Below are positions 41,188 through 51,554 of a stretch of 64,000 nucleotides of DNA, piece by piece. Positions within the stretch are counted from its first letter, which is position 1. Each line of letters starts with the position of its first letter. This stretch comes from an uncultured Gammaproteobacteria bacterium. Its GTDB lineage: Bacteria > Patescibacteriota > Microgenomatia > CAZETR01 > Amesbacteraceae. Below the pieces are notes generated by a model, which saw only the letters and a program-made list of their open reading frames with translations, was not told where the DNA came from and ran no database searches. The stretch lies in assembly GCA_964518565.1 (NCBI GenBank), contig CAZFGX010000001.1:905553-969552 (forward strand). The letters run 5' to 3'. A program made the position numbers and the translations under genes.

Positions 41188-41588
41188 TTACCCTCGCCCA
41201 GTGGACCACTCTGCACCACCTCAATATCACTCCTCATACCTTTGACCAATCGACCCATACTGCCGCCCAAGCCGCTACTCAACTTGGCTGCGACATTGGC
41301 CAAATAGCCAAATCTATCGTCTTCAAAACCCCCGAAGGATTTGTTTTGGCTATTGGCCGTGGTGGCCAACAAATCGATCTGCCACATCCCAAAGCCTCTG
41401 CCCAAGAAGTGCTCTCTGCCACCGGTTACCAGATAGGCGGTGTCCCACCATTTGCCCTACCTCAGCCCTTCTTTGATCCCAAACTTCTCGACTACCCTAT
41501 CGTCTACGCCTCAGCCGGTACAGCCAATTCTGTCTTTGCCATTGCTCCCAAAAAACTTCTCGAATTCACCCAAGCCCAACTAATCTAG
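41184..41588 (+). CDS. YbaK/ProX-type aminoacyl-tRNA deacylase domain protein
   Basis: 134 aa. KSIVFK…GGVPPF motifs of the YbaK/ProRS-associated domain. Confidence 0.65.
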   Translation: MITLAQWTTLHHLNITPHTFDQSTHTAAQAATQLGCDIGQIAKSIVFKTPEGFVLAIGRGGQQIDLPHPKASAQEVLSATGYQIGGVPPFALPQPFFDPKLLDYPIVYASAGTANSVFAIAPKKLLEFTQAQLI

Positions 41589-42671
41589 ATAATCCTGCAA
41601 TTTCTTCCGTCGTGATGGATGCTTCAGCTTTCGCAAAGCTTTCGCTTCGATTTGTCGAATACGTTCTCGAGTCACCCCAAACTCTCGTCCCACTTCTTCC
41701 AAAGTCATTGGGTTCTTACCTTCCAATCCAAATCGCATTTTCAGTACTTTCGCTTCCCGATCAGTCAATGTAGACAACACTTCATCGATATTTTCTTTCA
41801 ACAATTCTCGTGAAGCCTGTTCTATCGGTGACAATTGGGACGTGTCAGCAATAAAGTCTCCCAGCATCGAGTCTTCTTCATCACCCACTGGCGTTTCTAA
41901 GCTGGTCGTATCTTGAGCGATCTTCAAAATCTCTCGTACCCGAGTCGGCGTCATTCCATCTCCCATGACTTCAGCCACTTCTTCCGCTGTTGGCTCGCGA
42001 CCCAATTGCTGCATCAGCTGACGTTGAATCCGAATCAGTTTATTGATGGTTTCCACCATATGTACAGGAATACGAATGGTTCGAGCCTGATCCGCAATTG
42101 CCCGGGTAATCGCCTGGCGAATCCACCAGGTGGCATAGGTACTAAATTTAAATCCCTTTCGCCAATCATACTTCTCTACCGCCCGAATCAAGCCTTGATT
42201 TCCTTCCTGAATCAGGTCGAGTAAAGATAGTCCTCTCATCACATATTTTTTGGCGATAGATACGACTAAACGCAAATTACTTTCTGTCAGTTTTCGCTTC
42301 GCCTTCCGATCACCCTTTTCATTTTTCTGTGCCAAAGAAATTTCTTCTTCAGAAGACAGCAATGGAATCTTTCCGATCTCTCGCAAATACATCCGTACCG
42401 GATCCGTAGACACTCCACCTTCCACTTTGGTCAATGCCTCTATCTCTTTATCTAGTTCCACCAAAGATTTTTCATCCACTTCAGCTTCTTCTTCCGTTAC
42501 CGTTTCAAATACATCAATATTTTGTTCCAACAATTGTCGAAACAGCTCATCCAATTCTGCTACTCGATCTTCAGCGTCTGGAAATGCCTCCAAAATCTCA
42601 TCAATGGTCAAATAGCCTTGTTTTTTACCTGTTTGAATTAATTTTTCCATAATAAAACGGTTCTCAACCAA
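41580..42671 (-). CDS. rpoD: RNA polymerase sigma factor RpoD (sigma70)
   Basis: Regions 1.2-4 with [34 protein letters not shown] and the region 4 HTH. The ORF-track start is a TTG at 42671; an ATG alternative at 42650 gives MEKLIQ…. Confidence 0.9.
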   Translation of the reverse strand: MVENRFIMEKLIQTGKKQGYLTIDEILEAFPDAEDRVAELDELFRQLLEQNIDVFETVTEEEAEVDEKSLVELDKEIEALTKVEGGVSTDPVRMYLREIGKIPLLSSEEEISLAQKNEKGDRKAKRKLTESNLRLVVSIAKKYVMRGLSLLDLIQEGNQGLIRAVEKYDWRKGFKFSTYATWWIRQAITRAIADQARTIRIPVHMVETINKLIRIQRQLMQQLGREPTAEEVAEVMGDGMTPTRVREILKIAQDTTSLETPVGDEEDSMLGDFIADTSQLSPIEQASRELLKENIDEVLSTLTDREAKVLKMRFGLEGKNPMTLEEVGREFGVTRERIRQIEAKALRKLKHPSRRKKLQDYLD

Positions 42672-42709
42672 AAAAAGCCCCTGTCAATAGGCTAGCCGAT
42701 TTTACCTGC

Positions 42710-44437
42710 CTACTTCCCCCGAGTCAACTCGGATAATTTTTTCACCAAATCGGCCGTTTTTCCCAAGCCATCCTCTTGTCCCGCCAACCGATCCAATTGT
42801 TCACGAATATCCACGATCTCCAGTTCTTGCACTGCTCGTTTCCATTCGTTTCGCACATCTTTGACCTGGTTATCAGCCAACAACACATCTTGCACCTGAC
42901 CCACCAGTTCAGCCGGTAATTTCCCCACCGCTTCACGAACACTAACGGCTGACATATCCAATTTTTCCAACACCCGCTTCCAAAAACTCGTCTGAACAAG
43001 TGCTCGCATATGAGTATCAGCAACCAATTCTAATGTTTCATATCCCAATGCCAACCCCACCACATATGCTTCCAAAACTTCTCGCCTACTCTTCTTACCC
43101 GCAACTTTTTTTACTTCAACCGCAGGAGCAGATACCGGCTTATTAGCCTTACCCAACTGTACTCGCACGTCTTCCTCTCGCACTCCCAAAGTTTGTGCCA
43201 ACAAATGTATGTAATGAGCTTTGACGATCTCATCTGAAATTTTAGAAATAACTGGCATCATCTCCTCACCAATTTTCTTTTTCCCTTGTACATCCAAACC
43301 AAATCGCTTCACTGCAGACTGTAAATAAAAATCATAAACTGGTATCGCTTCTTCTACAACTCGTTTCCACAAATCTGGATCCGCAATTGCCATCTCCCCT
43401 GGATCTTTATATGTTGTATTGTATGCCGCAAAATTTGTCACTTTCACAAACAGTCCCGCCTGAAAAGCAATATCAATTCCTCGTCGCGCAGCTGCATCAC
43501 CTGCCACATCCGCATCCAAAGACAAGACCACAGTCTCTGCCAAACGTCGAATCAGCTCTACTTGCCGTTCAGTCAATGCCGACCCTTTAATTGCCACTAC
43601 ATGCCGCACACCAGCCTGCCAACTGGCGATACTATCCAACTCCCCCTCCACCACCACTGCCACTCCCTCGCGTTTTATATCCGAACGATTCAAATCCAAT
43701 CCATACAACAATTCGCTCTTGTGATACAGCTCTGTCTCTGCCGTATTTACATACTTCGCTTCTTGACTAGCCTGATCACTTGGCAATACCCGTCCAGCAA
43801 ATCCCACCACCTGTCCTCGCTGATTTGCCAATGGAAACATCAACCGATTCCGGAATCGGTCAAAATATTTGCCCGTCCGCTCACTCTTCCCCACTAGTCC
43901 CACCGCCACAAGTTCCGCCACCTCATATCCTTTTTTCTTCACCGCAAACCCTTCCAAAAAATGCCAATCATTCGGCGCAAATCCCAGCTTATATCTCACC
44001 AGTGTTTCCCGAGTTATCCCCCGTGCCAAAATATATTCCAGTGCCGGCTTACCCATCGCGTGTTGCAGCAACAGCCAATGATATGCCTCAGCCACGACAG
44101 TGTTCACCGCCACCATTCGTTCCCGCTTCTTCTCATTATCATTTGGCGAGTAATGCTGCAGCTGTACCCCTACTCGTTTTGCCAAATACTGCAAACTCTC
44201 AGAAAAATTCATCCCTTCGATGTCCTCCATAAACCGAAAACAATCTCCTCCTTTTCCACATCCAAAACATTTATAGATCTGCAATTCCGTATTCACCATA
44301 AACGATGGCGATTTCTCACCATGAAACGGACACAGACCTTTGTAGTTGCGTCCAGCCTTTTTCAGTTGAACATATTCACCTACCAAGGTCACCATATCCA
44401 CTTTTTGTTTCACTTCTTCTACCTGATCCACTCCCAA
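42710..44437 (-). CDS. dnaG: DNA primase DnaG
   Basis: 575 aa. Zinc-ribbon CPFHGEKSPSF…CFGCG and TOPRIM (EGELD, DAD). Forms the dnaG-rpoD pair. Confidence 0.9.
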   Translation of the reverse strand: MGVDQVEEVKQKVDMVTLVGEYVQLKKAGRNYKGLCPFHGEKSPSFMVNTELQIYKCFGCGKGGDCFRFMEDIEGMNFSESLQYLAKRVGVQLQHYSPNDNEKKRERMVAVNTVVAEAYHWLLLQHAMGKPALEYILARGITRETLVRYKLGFAPNDWHFLEGFAVKKKGYEVAELVAVGLVGKSERTGKYFDRFRNRLMFPLANQRGQVVGFAGRVLPSDQASQEAKYVNTAETELYHKSELLYGLDLNRSDIKREGVAVVVEGELDSIASWQAGVRHVVAIKGSALTERQVELIRRLAETVVLSLDADVAGDAAARRGIDIAFQAGLFVKVTNFAAYNTTYKDPGEMAIADPDLWKRVVEEAIPVYDFYLQSAVKRFGLDVQGKKKIGEEMMPVISKISDEIVKAHYIHLLAQTLGVREEDVRVQLGKANKPVSAPAVEVKKVAGKKSRREVLEAYVVGLALGYETLELVADTHMRALVQTSFWKRVLEKLDMSAVSVREAVGKLPAELVGQVQDVLLADNQVKDVRNEWKRAVQELEIVDIREQLDRLAGQEDGLGKTADLVKKLSELTRGK

Positions 44438-44440
44438 ATC

Positions 44441-45862
44441 TTACCACTTGATCTCTACATCGCGATCGACAATCAAATCTGAAACAATCGACCCATTCCG
44501 AATCAATTGAAAACCAAAATTCTCAACCCCCGGCTGCCGTCGTACCAACAATCCATTAAATCGCTGGTTTCCCACCAACGAAACTTGCGCCTCAGCCTGT
44601 CCACTTGCCGGCACTCGCGCCCAAAATCCAATGAGTTGTAAATTATCTCTCCCTTCGACGTCATACTCACCTTCAGATCGACCTACCAAAATCGATGCGG
44701 GTTGTTTGCCTACTTCATGGCTTCGTCGTTTCAACACTTGCTCACCAATTCGCACATAATCCACCAAATATTCCTTACGCACCACCACTCGTGTATATAC
44801 TAAATAATCCCCACCCCAAAATACTGGCGGCCTAGGCGTAGAAAAGGGGTTATCATTCTGCCAATCAATAGTTATCTGATTCCTCACTCCATTATCCTCC
44901 ACCCAAAGCTCTTGTTTTATTTTTCGTCCCACTAATCCGTTGGCTTTATTCGCTCCCAAATTATTTTCCACGACATATAAATAATCTTCTCCACCGGATC
45001 TAGTATCCAGTCGTCCAGTCCAATCTTTTTGTTTCATCCAATCCTGAACCATTTTGTCATCAAACCACACCAAAATTTGCTTTTTTTGCAAATTGTCATA
45101 CACCAATCGGCCCAATCCAACCAACTGCTCCAAACGAGCCCTTTTTGTCGATTCCAACAAAGCGCTTCCCACTACACTGAGAAAATCCCGCTTGTTAGTA
45201 TTACCAGAAAAAGTCCGTGTTTCAGCATATTTTTGAGCAAGTGAATACAAATTATTTTCAGTGATAATCTCATCATATGTTTCTGTTTTTACTTGTCCAA
45301 ATATTCCCAACCATGCCGACAATAGATCGAAATTCACTGCCACCACACCATCCACCTGACTTTCTCCCCCTTGTTGAAAAAACCACCTCACCGCCGGACC
45401 AGCTACTTCAAAATCAGGATCCCAATTCGCGTCACGCAATTTCCACCACCCTTGTCCAAAAGCTTCTTGTATAGGATACGGCGGTTCTACATGTCCGACC
45501 AATTGCCCATCAGGTTGGTAAATATCTTCCACTTGTACCGGCTTCATACCTGAATTTTTAAATTCTAGCTTCACATATGTCCCCATAAACCCCCCGCTCG
45601 ACCGTAGTTCAGTATTATTTTGCAAAAGTACCAAATACACCCGATCCTGAAAAATTTTTTCCCACCAACCTGTCGTACACCGATTTGCAATCCGAAACGG
45701 CAATCCCTGATAGTCAGAGTCTTCTTGCAATATTTGTCGTACAGATCCCGCAATCACAAATCCACACCCGCCTATTACTACTACGCCAACCAAAAATAGA
45801 ATTGCGACTACTCCAAACACTCCATACACAATTTTACTCATCAATCTATCATAAACCATCAA
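44441..45862 (-). CDS. membrane-anchored DUF4012-like protein
   Basis: 473 aa. N-terminal TM then a large extracytoplasmic domain. The resemblance to DUF4012 is from memory only. Confidence 0.35.
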   Translation of the reverse strand: MMVYDRLMSKIVYGVFGVVAILFLVGVVVIGGCGFVIAGSVRQILQEDSDYQGLPFRIANRCTTGWWEKIFQDRVYLVLLQNNTELRSSGGFMGTYVKLEFKNSGMKPVQVEDIYQPDGQLVGHVEPPYPIQEAFGQGWWKLRDANWDPDFEVAGPAVRWFFQQGGESQVDGVVAVNFDLLSAWLGIFGQVKTETYDEIITENNLYSLAQKYAETRTFSGNTNKRDFLSVVGSALLESTKRARLEQLVGLGRLVYDNLQKKQILVWFDDKMVQDWMKQKDWTGRLDTRSGGEDYLYVVENNLGANKANGLVGRKIKQELWVEDNGVRNQITIDWQNDNPFSTPRPPVFWGGDYLVYTRVVVRKEYLVDYVRIGEQVLKRRSHEVGKQPASILVGRSEGEYDVEGRDNLQLIGFWARVPASGQAEAQVSLVGNQRFNGLLVRRQPGVENFGFQLIRNGSIVSDLIVDRDVEIKW

Positions 45863-46018
45863 AAATATTTTCTCTTTTGAAAAAAAATTTAATAAAAGTT
45901 ACACCTTTAAATAGATAAATTAATTATTTTTTGTACACAAAAAATACTCCCAGAAAAATAGCTAAATTAACTTTCCAAAATACCCAAAAGAAAAGCGAAA
46001 AATTGCTATACTATTTAT

Positions 46019-46519
46019 ATGTTGCCAATATTTGTTCGCGCCTTTCTGGTTTTTTTACCAGCCGGTATCGCCAACATGACTCCAATACTAGCTGCTCATA
46101 CTCCAGCCCTAAAAAAGTTCGCCACCCCTTTAGATTTTGGCCACCACTTTCACCATAAACGCATCTTTGGTGATCACAAAACCTGGCGCGGACTAATAAC
46201 TGGTGTATTCACCGGCACCCTCACCAGCTTATTTTTCGGTCTACCGATCAGCTATGGTCTATTAGTTAGTTTCGGCGCCTTGGCCGGAGATGCGATCAAA
46301 AGCTTTTTCAAACGCCGCTTTAATGTCGCCTCTGGCCGTTCTTGGTTTCCTTTTGATCAAGTCGACTTTATTCTCGGCGGTCTACTTCTCGCCGCCTTGC
46401 TTGGCTCAGCCAACCCCACCCGTGGATTGGAAGTCTACATTTTCCTTCTCTATTTCGGTCTCCATCTTATTTCCAGTTTTGTCGGTTATCTTTTAAAATT
46501 AAAATCTAGTCCAATATGA
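46019..46519 (+). CDS. CDP-archaeol synthase (CarS/DUF46) family protein
   Basis: 166-aa membrane protein with the signature FGDHKTWRGLITG and downstream GDAIKSFFKRR. Confidence 0.55.
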   Translation: MLPIFVRAFLVFLPAGIANMTPILAAHTPALKKFATPLDFGHHFHHKRIFGDHKTWRGLITGVFTGTLTSLFFGLPISYGLLVSFGALAGDAIKSFFKRRFNVASGRSWFPFDQVDFILGGLLLAALLGSANPTRGLEVYIFLLYFGLHLISSFVGYLLKLKSSPI

Positions 46520-47220
46520 AACGTCTCAGTGCCTATCTAGTTCATACATTGACTGCCACAGGCACCGTCTGCGGCCTACTTGCTCTCTATACCATTCATA
46601 CTCGAGAATACCAAACCACCTTCATCTTGCTGGCTATTGGTCTAATCATCGATGGTATAGACGGCACATTGGCTCGTAAAGTCGATATCAAACACTCCGG
46701 GGTCAAAATAGACGGTGCTCTCATGGACAATATTATCGACTACCTCACATATGCAATCGTCCCGGCCTTTTTCTTTCTTACCACCCCCTATTTATTACCC
46801 CAATGGCGCGTTCCAATAGCCGCAGCCATCGCCCTCTCCTCTGCTTTCCAGTTTAGCCAAACAGACGCCAAAACCGATGATCATTTCTTCAAAGGCTTCC
46901 CCGACTACTGGAACATTCTCATGTTCTACTTTTTCATTCTCAATCTCTCACCACTTCTAAATACTCTTATTGTCGGCCTCTGTATTCTGCTTGTCTTTAT
47001 TCCCATCAAATATGTCTACCCATCTCGACCAGATTATGTGACCAAATCCAAAATCATCAGGAAAACCATCAGCATTTCCACCTTAGTCTGGATTTTGTCT
47101 CTCTTTTTCTTACTTCTCTCTTTTCCCACATCCCATCGCACCACCCTCAACCTCAGTCTCCTCTACTGTGGCGCCTATGTCGCCATCAGCCTCTACCGCA
47201 CCTTCCGACCTCTAAAGTAA
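46516..47220 (+). CDS. CDP-alcohol phosphatidyltransferase family protein
   Basis: 234 aa. Motif DGIDGTLARK…GALMDNIIDY (D-G-x2-A-R…G-x3-D-x3-D). Overlaps the CarS-like gene by 4 bp. Confidence 0.7.
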   Translation: MKRLSAYLVHTLTATGTVCGLLALYTIHTREYQTTFILLAIGLIIDGIDGTLARKVDIKHSGVKIDGALMDNIIDYLTYAIVPAFFFLTTPYLLPQWRVPIAAAIALSSAFQFSQTDAKTDDHFFKGFPDYWNILMFYFFILNLSPLLNTLIVGLCILLVFIPIKYVYPSRPDYVTKSKIIRKTISISTLVWILSLFFLLLSFPTSHRTTLNLSLLYCGAYVAISLYRTFRPLK

Positions 47221-47310
47221 TGGCGGAGAGGGCGAGATTCGAACTCGCGGTGAACTTGCGCCCACACACGCTTTCCAAGCGTGCGCACTAGACCGCTATG
47301 CGACCTCTCC
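47221..47310 (-). tRNA. tRNA-Ser(GGA)
   Basis: Reverse complement: GGAGAGG-UC-GCAU…anticodon loop UUGGAAA, long variable arm, T-arm GCGAGUUCGAAUCUCGC, acceptor CCUCUCC-G-CCA. Confidence 0.8.
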
Positions 47311-47333
47311 AGGTTTAAACAACGAGACGTGCA

Positions 47334-47365
47334 ATATCGAATCTCATTCGATATGCGACCTCTCC
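47334..47365. repeat. leader copy of the tRNA-Ser(GGA) 5' end plus a 9-bp-stem hairpin
   Basis: tatgcgacctctcc at 47352..47365 repeats tRNA nt 1-14 (47297..47310). Palindrome atatcgaat-ctc-attcgatat at 47334..47354. Confidence 0.55.
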
Positions 47366-47407
47366 AAAAACATCTAATTTTACTCTACCAAATAAACCTC
47401 TAGCAAA

Positions 47408-48205
47408 TTAATGTAGATTTGCACCATACCCAAATGTATATAGCCAAGAAACAATTTGTCGAATTGGACTCGGCCATATAAGCGAAAACATATATCTATC
47501 TTCCACCATCCGTTTAGAATCTTCTATACGAATTACTGTCTCCATATCAGAGTGAATTCTGTGTTTCACCAGATCCCTATCTACATATACAAAACTTCCT
47601 GTCATTGCAGCGATTCTCCACCAAGCTTCCCAATCCAACGCGACTACCATATCATCGCGAAAAACAAATTTTCCCAATCGCGCTTTATGAAACATCACAC
47701 TTGGACATAAAATCGGACAACCCAATACCAACAAAGCCCGCTTCCGCCACAATTGACTAGCCCCACCCCAAATAAAAATTCCCGACAACAGCTGTTTAAT
47801 CAGCAAGCTAAAATATCCTCTCTTAGGATCAGTACGCAATTCAGAATATTTAGTAAAAATGATCAATGAGTTAGAACGTTGTCGTGCCGCCAACAAGCAA
47901 CATTCTGTATAGCTCGAATCATAGATATCATCTTGGTGCGCCAAGGTCACGTATTGTGTCTTGGCCAAAGCATAGGCTTTTGACCAATCTGGGCCAATAC
48001 CCTTCCCTGAATGGGGATACAATCTGAGACGATATTTTTCAGCAATTTTTTTTAAAAAAGGACTGGGAGTAGATGTAGAAATAAAAATTTCGCTTTTCAC
48101 TGTTTGTGCCAACAACGAGCGAATACAATCTTCCAAATAAACGGAGTCTTTATAAGCCAATACTACAAAACTATGTACGTAATCCATCAAAAACATATTA
48201 TACAA
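47408..48205 (-). CDS. glycosyltransferase family 2
   Basis: 265 aa. GT-A fold with DxD-like LAHQDDIYD. Confidence 0.65.
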   Translation of the reverse strand: MYNMFLMDYVHSFVVLAYKDSVYLEDCIRSLLAQTVKSEIFISTSTPSPFLKKIAEKYRLRLYPHSGKGIGPDWSKAYALAKTQYVTLAHQDDIYDSSYTECCLLAARQRSNSLIIFTKYSELRTDPKRGYFSLLIKQLLSGIFIWGGASQLWRKRALLVLGCPILCPSVMFHKARLGKFVFRDDMVVALDWEAWWRIAAMTGSFVYVDRDLVKHRIHSDMETVIRIEDSKRMVEDRYMFSLIWPSPIRQIVSWLYTFGYGANLH

Positions 48206-48229
48206 ACATTTTTGGTAAAATAATTCGTA

Positions 48230-48922
48230 ATGAAGCCAAAAATTTCGCTAATCATCCCCTGCTTTAACGAAGCAGAAAGCATAGGCTCAGTACTCAAGTC
48301 CATACCAAAAACAGCAAATATCGAAACAATAGTCATCGACAACAATTCACGAGACCAAACAGCAACTATTGCCAAAAAAATGGGAGCCAAAGTAATCTTT
48401 GAACCCAGACAAGGAAAGGGATATGCAGTGAGAACTGGAATAAAAAATATCGACAAAAAATCTGAATATGTTGTAATGCTTGACGGTGACAACACCTACA
48501 GACCAGAAGAAATATTTCGTCTAGTTGAACCACTACAAAATAATTTTTGCGATGTCATATTGGGTTCGCGCCTGAGTGGAAAAGTAAAACCAAACTCAAT
48601 GAAATTCCATAGCCGAGTCGGAAATTGGTTCTTTTCCTTTTTAGTTAGATTTTTTTACGTGACAAATGTTACAGATGTCCTCACGGGATACTTTGCCTGG
48701 AAAACTGATGCGATTAAAAAACTTCTTCCTGTATTAACCTCCCAAGGTTTTGAAATAGAAATGGAAATGATCACAAAAATGGCCAAAATGGGCTATGGCA
48801 TATACTCTGTTCCAATTACCTACGACAAAAGGATTGGCAAATCAAACCTAAGCAGTATAAAAGATGGAATAAAAATCTTTAAAGAATTTTTAAAAAATTT
48901 ACAATGGAAACCACAAAAATAA
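48230..48922 (+). CDS. glycosyltransferase family 2 (dolichyl-/polyprenyl-phosphate sugar transferase-like)
   Basis: 230 aa. ISLIIPCFNEAESI…MLDGDNTYRPEE. Confidence 0.8.
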   Translation: MKPKISLIIPCFNEAESIGSVLKSIPKTANIETIVIDNNSRDQTATIAKKMGAKVIFEPRQGKGYAVRTGIKNIDKKSEYVVMLDGDNTYRPEEIFRLVEPLQNNFCDVILGSRLSGKVKPNSMKFHSRVGNWFFSFLVRFFYVTNVTDVLTGYFAWKTDAIKKLLPVLTSQGFEIEMEMITKMAKMGYGIYSVPITYDKRIGKSNLSSIKDGIKIFKEFLKNLQWKPQK

Positions 48923-50109
48923 AAATTTTTTGGATAGTTCCACATTTAAATCTTTGGCAAGGGGGGTATAGATTTATCGCAGACTTATGCAAACAAACAT
49001 CAAATCAAATAACGACCACAATTGGTTACTCATCAGGAAAACAGGATTTAATTAGACATTTTGAACAAAGCAATGTCATAACAAAAAAAATTGGCGCTAT
49101 TGGAACAAATATCTTTTGGTATTGGGTACTAAGTCCACTATTTATTCTAGTTGAAATCATTTGTTCGTTAAAAACAACTAAAAATAACGACAAGGTAATC
49201 GCTTCACTTTTCCCCTCCATCTTCGTTTCCGCTGTATGCGCAAAAATATTTAAAAAAGATTTCATTCATTTTTGTTTTGTACCTTATCCATGGTTCTATG
49301 ACGAAAAATTTATCGACGAGCACAAATTTTATTTACGCGTCGCATTCAAGTTCTTAAGGTTTATATACACACCCTTAGATAAATGGGCTGCCAAATCTGC
49401 CAAAAAAACAATAACCCTGGATCCAATTAGTGCTGAACAAATCCATACGGTATATGGAATAAAAGCATTTCAAATTTCGTTAGGAATCGATACAAAACAT
49501 TTTCGGCCAATAAATAAAAAAAGAAATGAGATATATAAAAAATATTCATCTAATAAAATAATTTTTCATTCAACCGATTATTCACATTTAAAAAAAACAG
49601 AGAGAGTAATTGACATATTTACCGACGTTCAAAAAAAAATACCCAATACATTATTACTTATTAGTACTACCAGACCAGGAACCGCGGATGAAATTCGAAT
49701 TAAGAACAAAATAGTAAAACTAGGATTAAGCAAAAAAATTATTCTAACGGGAAAAATTGAGTATCAATTACTACCATACTACTTCTCAGCTGCAAGTTGT
49801 TACATTTCCCTTGCTGAAAATACCGCCATGTCAAATGTAAACTTACCTGTAAAGGAGGCGCTCGCCTGCGAAACAGCAGCAATAAGAACCCAAACCATAG
49901 TTCCAGATGTAACGAACAACAAATCCGGTTTCATAGTTAATCCCAATAACAAAAACCAAGTTATAAACAGAATCATGTATCTACTCAACAATCCGCTTCG
50001 TGCAAAAAAAATGGGCGTTTGGGGGAGGAAATCGATAATTCAACAATACTCATGGGAAAGAACTAGCGAAAAATTTGTTTCATTAATAGCTAATAACAAA
50101 AGTAATTAA
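48904..50109 (+). CDS. glycosyltransferase family 4 (GT-B)
   Basis: 401 aa. C-terminal GT-B region with the E-x7-E-like VKEALACETAAI. Confidence 0.6.
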   Translation: METTKIKIFWIVPHLNLWQGGYRFIADLCKQTSNQITTTIGYSSGKQDLIRHFEQSNVITKKIGAIGTNIFWYWVLSPLFILVEIICSLKTTKNNDKVIASLFPSIFVSAVCAKIFKKDFIHFCFVPYPWFYDEKFIDEHKFYLRVAFKFLRFIYTPLDKWAAKSAKKTITLDPISAEQIHTVYGIKAFQISLGIDTKHFRPINKKRNEIYKKYSSNKIIFHSTDYSHLKKTERVIDIFTDVQKKIPNTLLLISTTRPGTADEIRIKNKIVKLGLSKKIILTGKIEYQLLPYYFSAASCYISLAENTAMSNVNLPVKEALACETAAIRTQTIVPDVTNNKSGFIVNPNNKNQVINRIMYLLNNPLRAKKMGVWGRKSIIQQYSWERTSEKFVSLIANNKSN

Positions 50110-50842
50110 CTGTCCCCACAAGCAAAATATTACGGTAATGTTTTTTTAAAATTTTTGAGATTGAATTAAATTTATCACGATCAAGTGATTCAAAAAACAA
50201 ATATTTAGGCTTGTATTTAGAAAAGTCTAAGCCTATTAAGGCCTCAAGCTCATAACCTTCCAAATCAAGAGAGAGAAAATCTATTTGCCTAATTTTGCAC
50301 TGATCAAATAACTTAGTAAGAGTAATAGTAGGTACAGTATAAGAATATTTACGAACAAACGGGGACCCAGAATTCCAAAATGAAATATGATTTTTTATTT
50401 GAGCATCCGACATAGAATTTCTAACAACAGAAGACAAGCCTGAATAAAGTATTTCAATAAAAGAATTTTTGAAATACTTCGAAACCAAGGCAAATTGAAA
50501 AACCAAAGACCGGTTTCTATTCATTTTACATAACAATGCTTCTTTAGTATTTGGCTCAATTAATATTCCCCGCCACCCCAGTGCTTTTTCTAAAAAATAT
50601 GTATTACTTAAAAAAACCCCATTTGCAGCACCAGCTTCCACAAAAAAACCATCCCTAAAATTTAAGAATTTATTGAAAACGAGTTGAAAATCTTTTTCTT
50701 CGGTATGAGAAAAATAATAAATTCCAAATCGTTCAAAAAATGGCCGAAAGATAGTTACCTTTATCCAATAAATTCTATGAGGAATAAAATTCAATAGTAT
50801 TCGAAAAAAAATCTTCACGTTAATCAAAGCATAAATAATCAA
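50090..50842 (-). CDS. FkbM-family methyltransferase
   Basis: 250 aa. FVEAGAANGVFLSNTYFLEK…IDFLSLDLEGYE. Confidence 0.65.
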   Translation of the reverse strand: MIIYALINVKIFFRILLNFIPHRIYWIKVTIFRPFFERFGIYYFSHTEEKDFQLVFNKFLNFRDGFFVEAGAANGVFLSNTYFLEKALGWRGILIEPNTKEALLCKMNRNRSLVFQFALVSKYFKNSFIEILYSGLSSVVRNSMSDAQIKNHISFWNSGSPFVRKYSYTVPTITLTKLFDQCKIRQIDFLSLDLEGYELEALIGLDFSKYKPKYLFFESLDRDKFNSISKILKKHYRNILLVGTVNYFCY

Positions 50843-51554
50843 TGGAATTAATTTTTTGAATGGTTGAATAGTATCTTTTTAATAATGTGGCGACTTGTAC
50901 AAATTTATCTTTTGTTTGCGCCTCAAAAAGTAAAAATCTTGGTTTATATCTCGAAAAGTCTAAACCGGTCAACGCTTCATATTCGTAGCCTTCAACATCT
51001 AATGACAAAAAATCAATTTTTGAAATTCCACTTTGACGAATAATGTCATTCAAAGTCATCGCAGGCACAGTTCGCTCACCACGAACAGTCCATGGAGAAA
51101 CAGACCTAATTTTTTCAATATGAACCTTTTTCGATACATCATCCATCGCTCCACTAACCACACTCCCCAATCCCGCTTGAGAAATAGAAATAGAGGATCT
51201 TCGAAAATTTTTACCAACTAAAGCGCATGAAAAAACTGTCGAGCGCTTTCTATTTTTATTACACAAAGCAGCGTATTCAGGAATAGGTTCAACCAAAACA
51301 CCATGCCAATGACGAAATTTTTCCAGAAAATATGTATTACTAAATAAAACACCATCCCATGCCCCTGCTTCAAGGAAAACACCATTTTCAAAATTAAAAT
51401 GTTCATCAATTAATTTATCCAAACCCATTATTTCCATCCTTGAAAACCAAGTTAATCCAAACATTTCCGCAAAAGGTCTCAAAAACGCAGCCTTTATTCT
51501 ATAGTAAACATTAAACAAAACGGTAGAAAAGCGACCAGTTTTATTTATAGCCAT
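50820..51554 (-). CDS. FkbM-family methyltransferase (tandem paralog)
   Basis: 244 aa. FLEAGAWDGVLFSNTYFLEK…IDFLSLDVEGYE. About 50% identical to its neighbour. Confidence 0.65.
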   Translation of the reverse strand: MAINKTGRFSTVLFNVYYRIKAAFLRPFAEMFGLTWFSRMEIMGLDKLIDEHFNFENGVFLEAGAWDGVLFSNTYFLEKFRHWHGVLVEPIPEYAALCNKNRKRSTVFSCALVGKNFRRSSISISQAGLGSVVSGAMDDVSKKVHIEKIRSVSPWTVRGERTVPAMTLNDIIRQSGISKIDFLSLDVEGYEYEALTGLDFSRYKPRFLLFEAQTKDKFVQVATLLKRYYSTIQKINSIDYLCFD

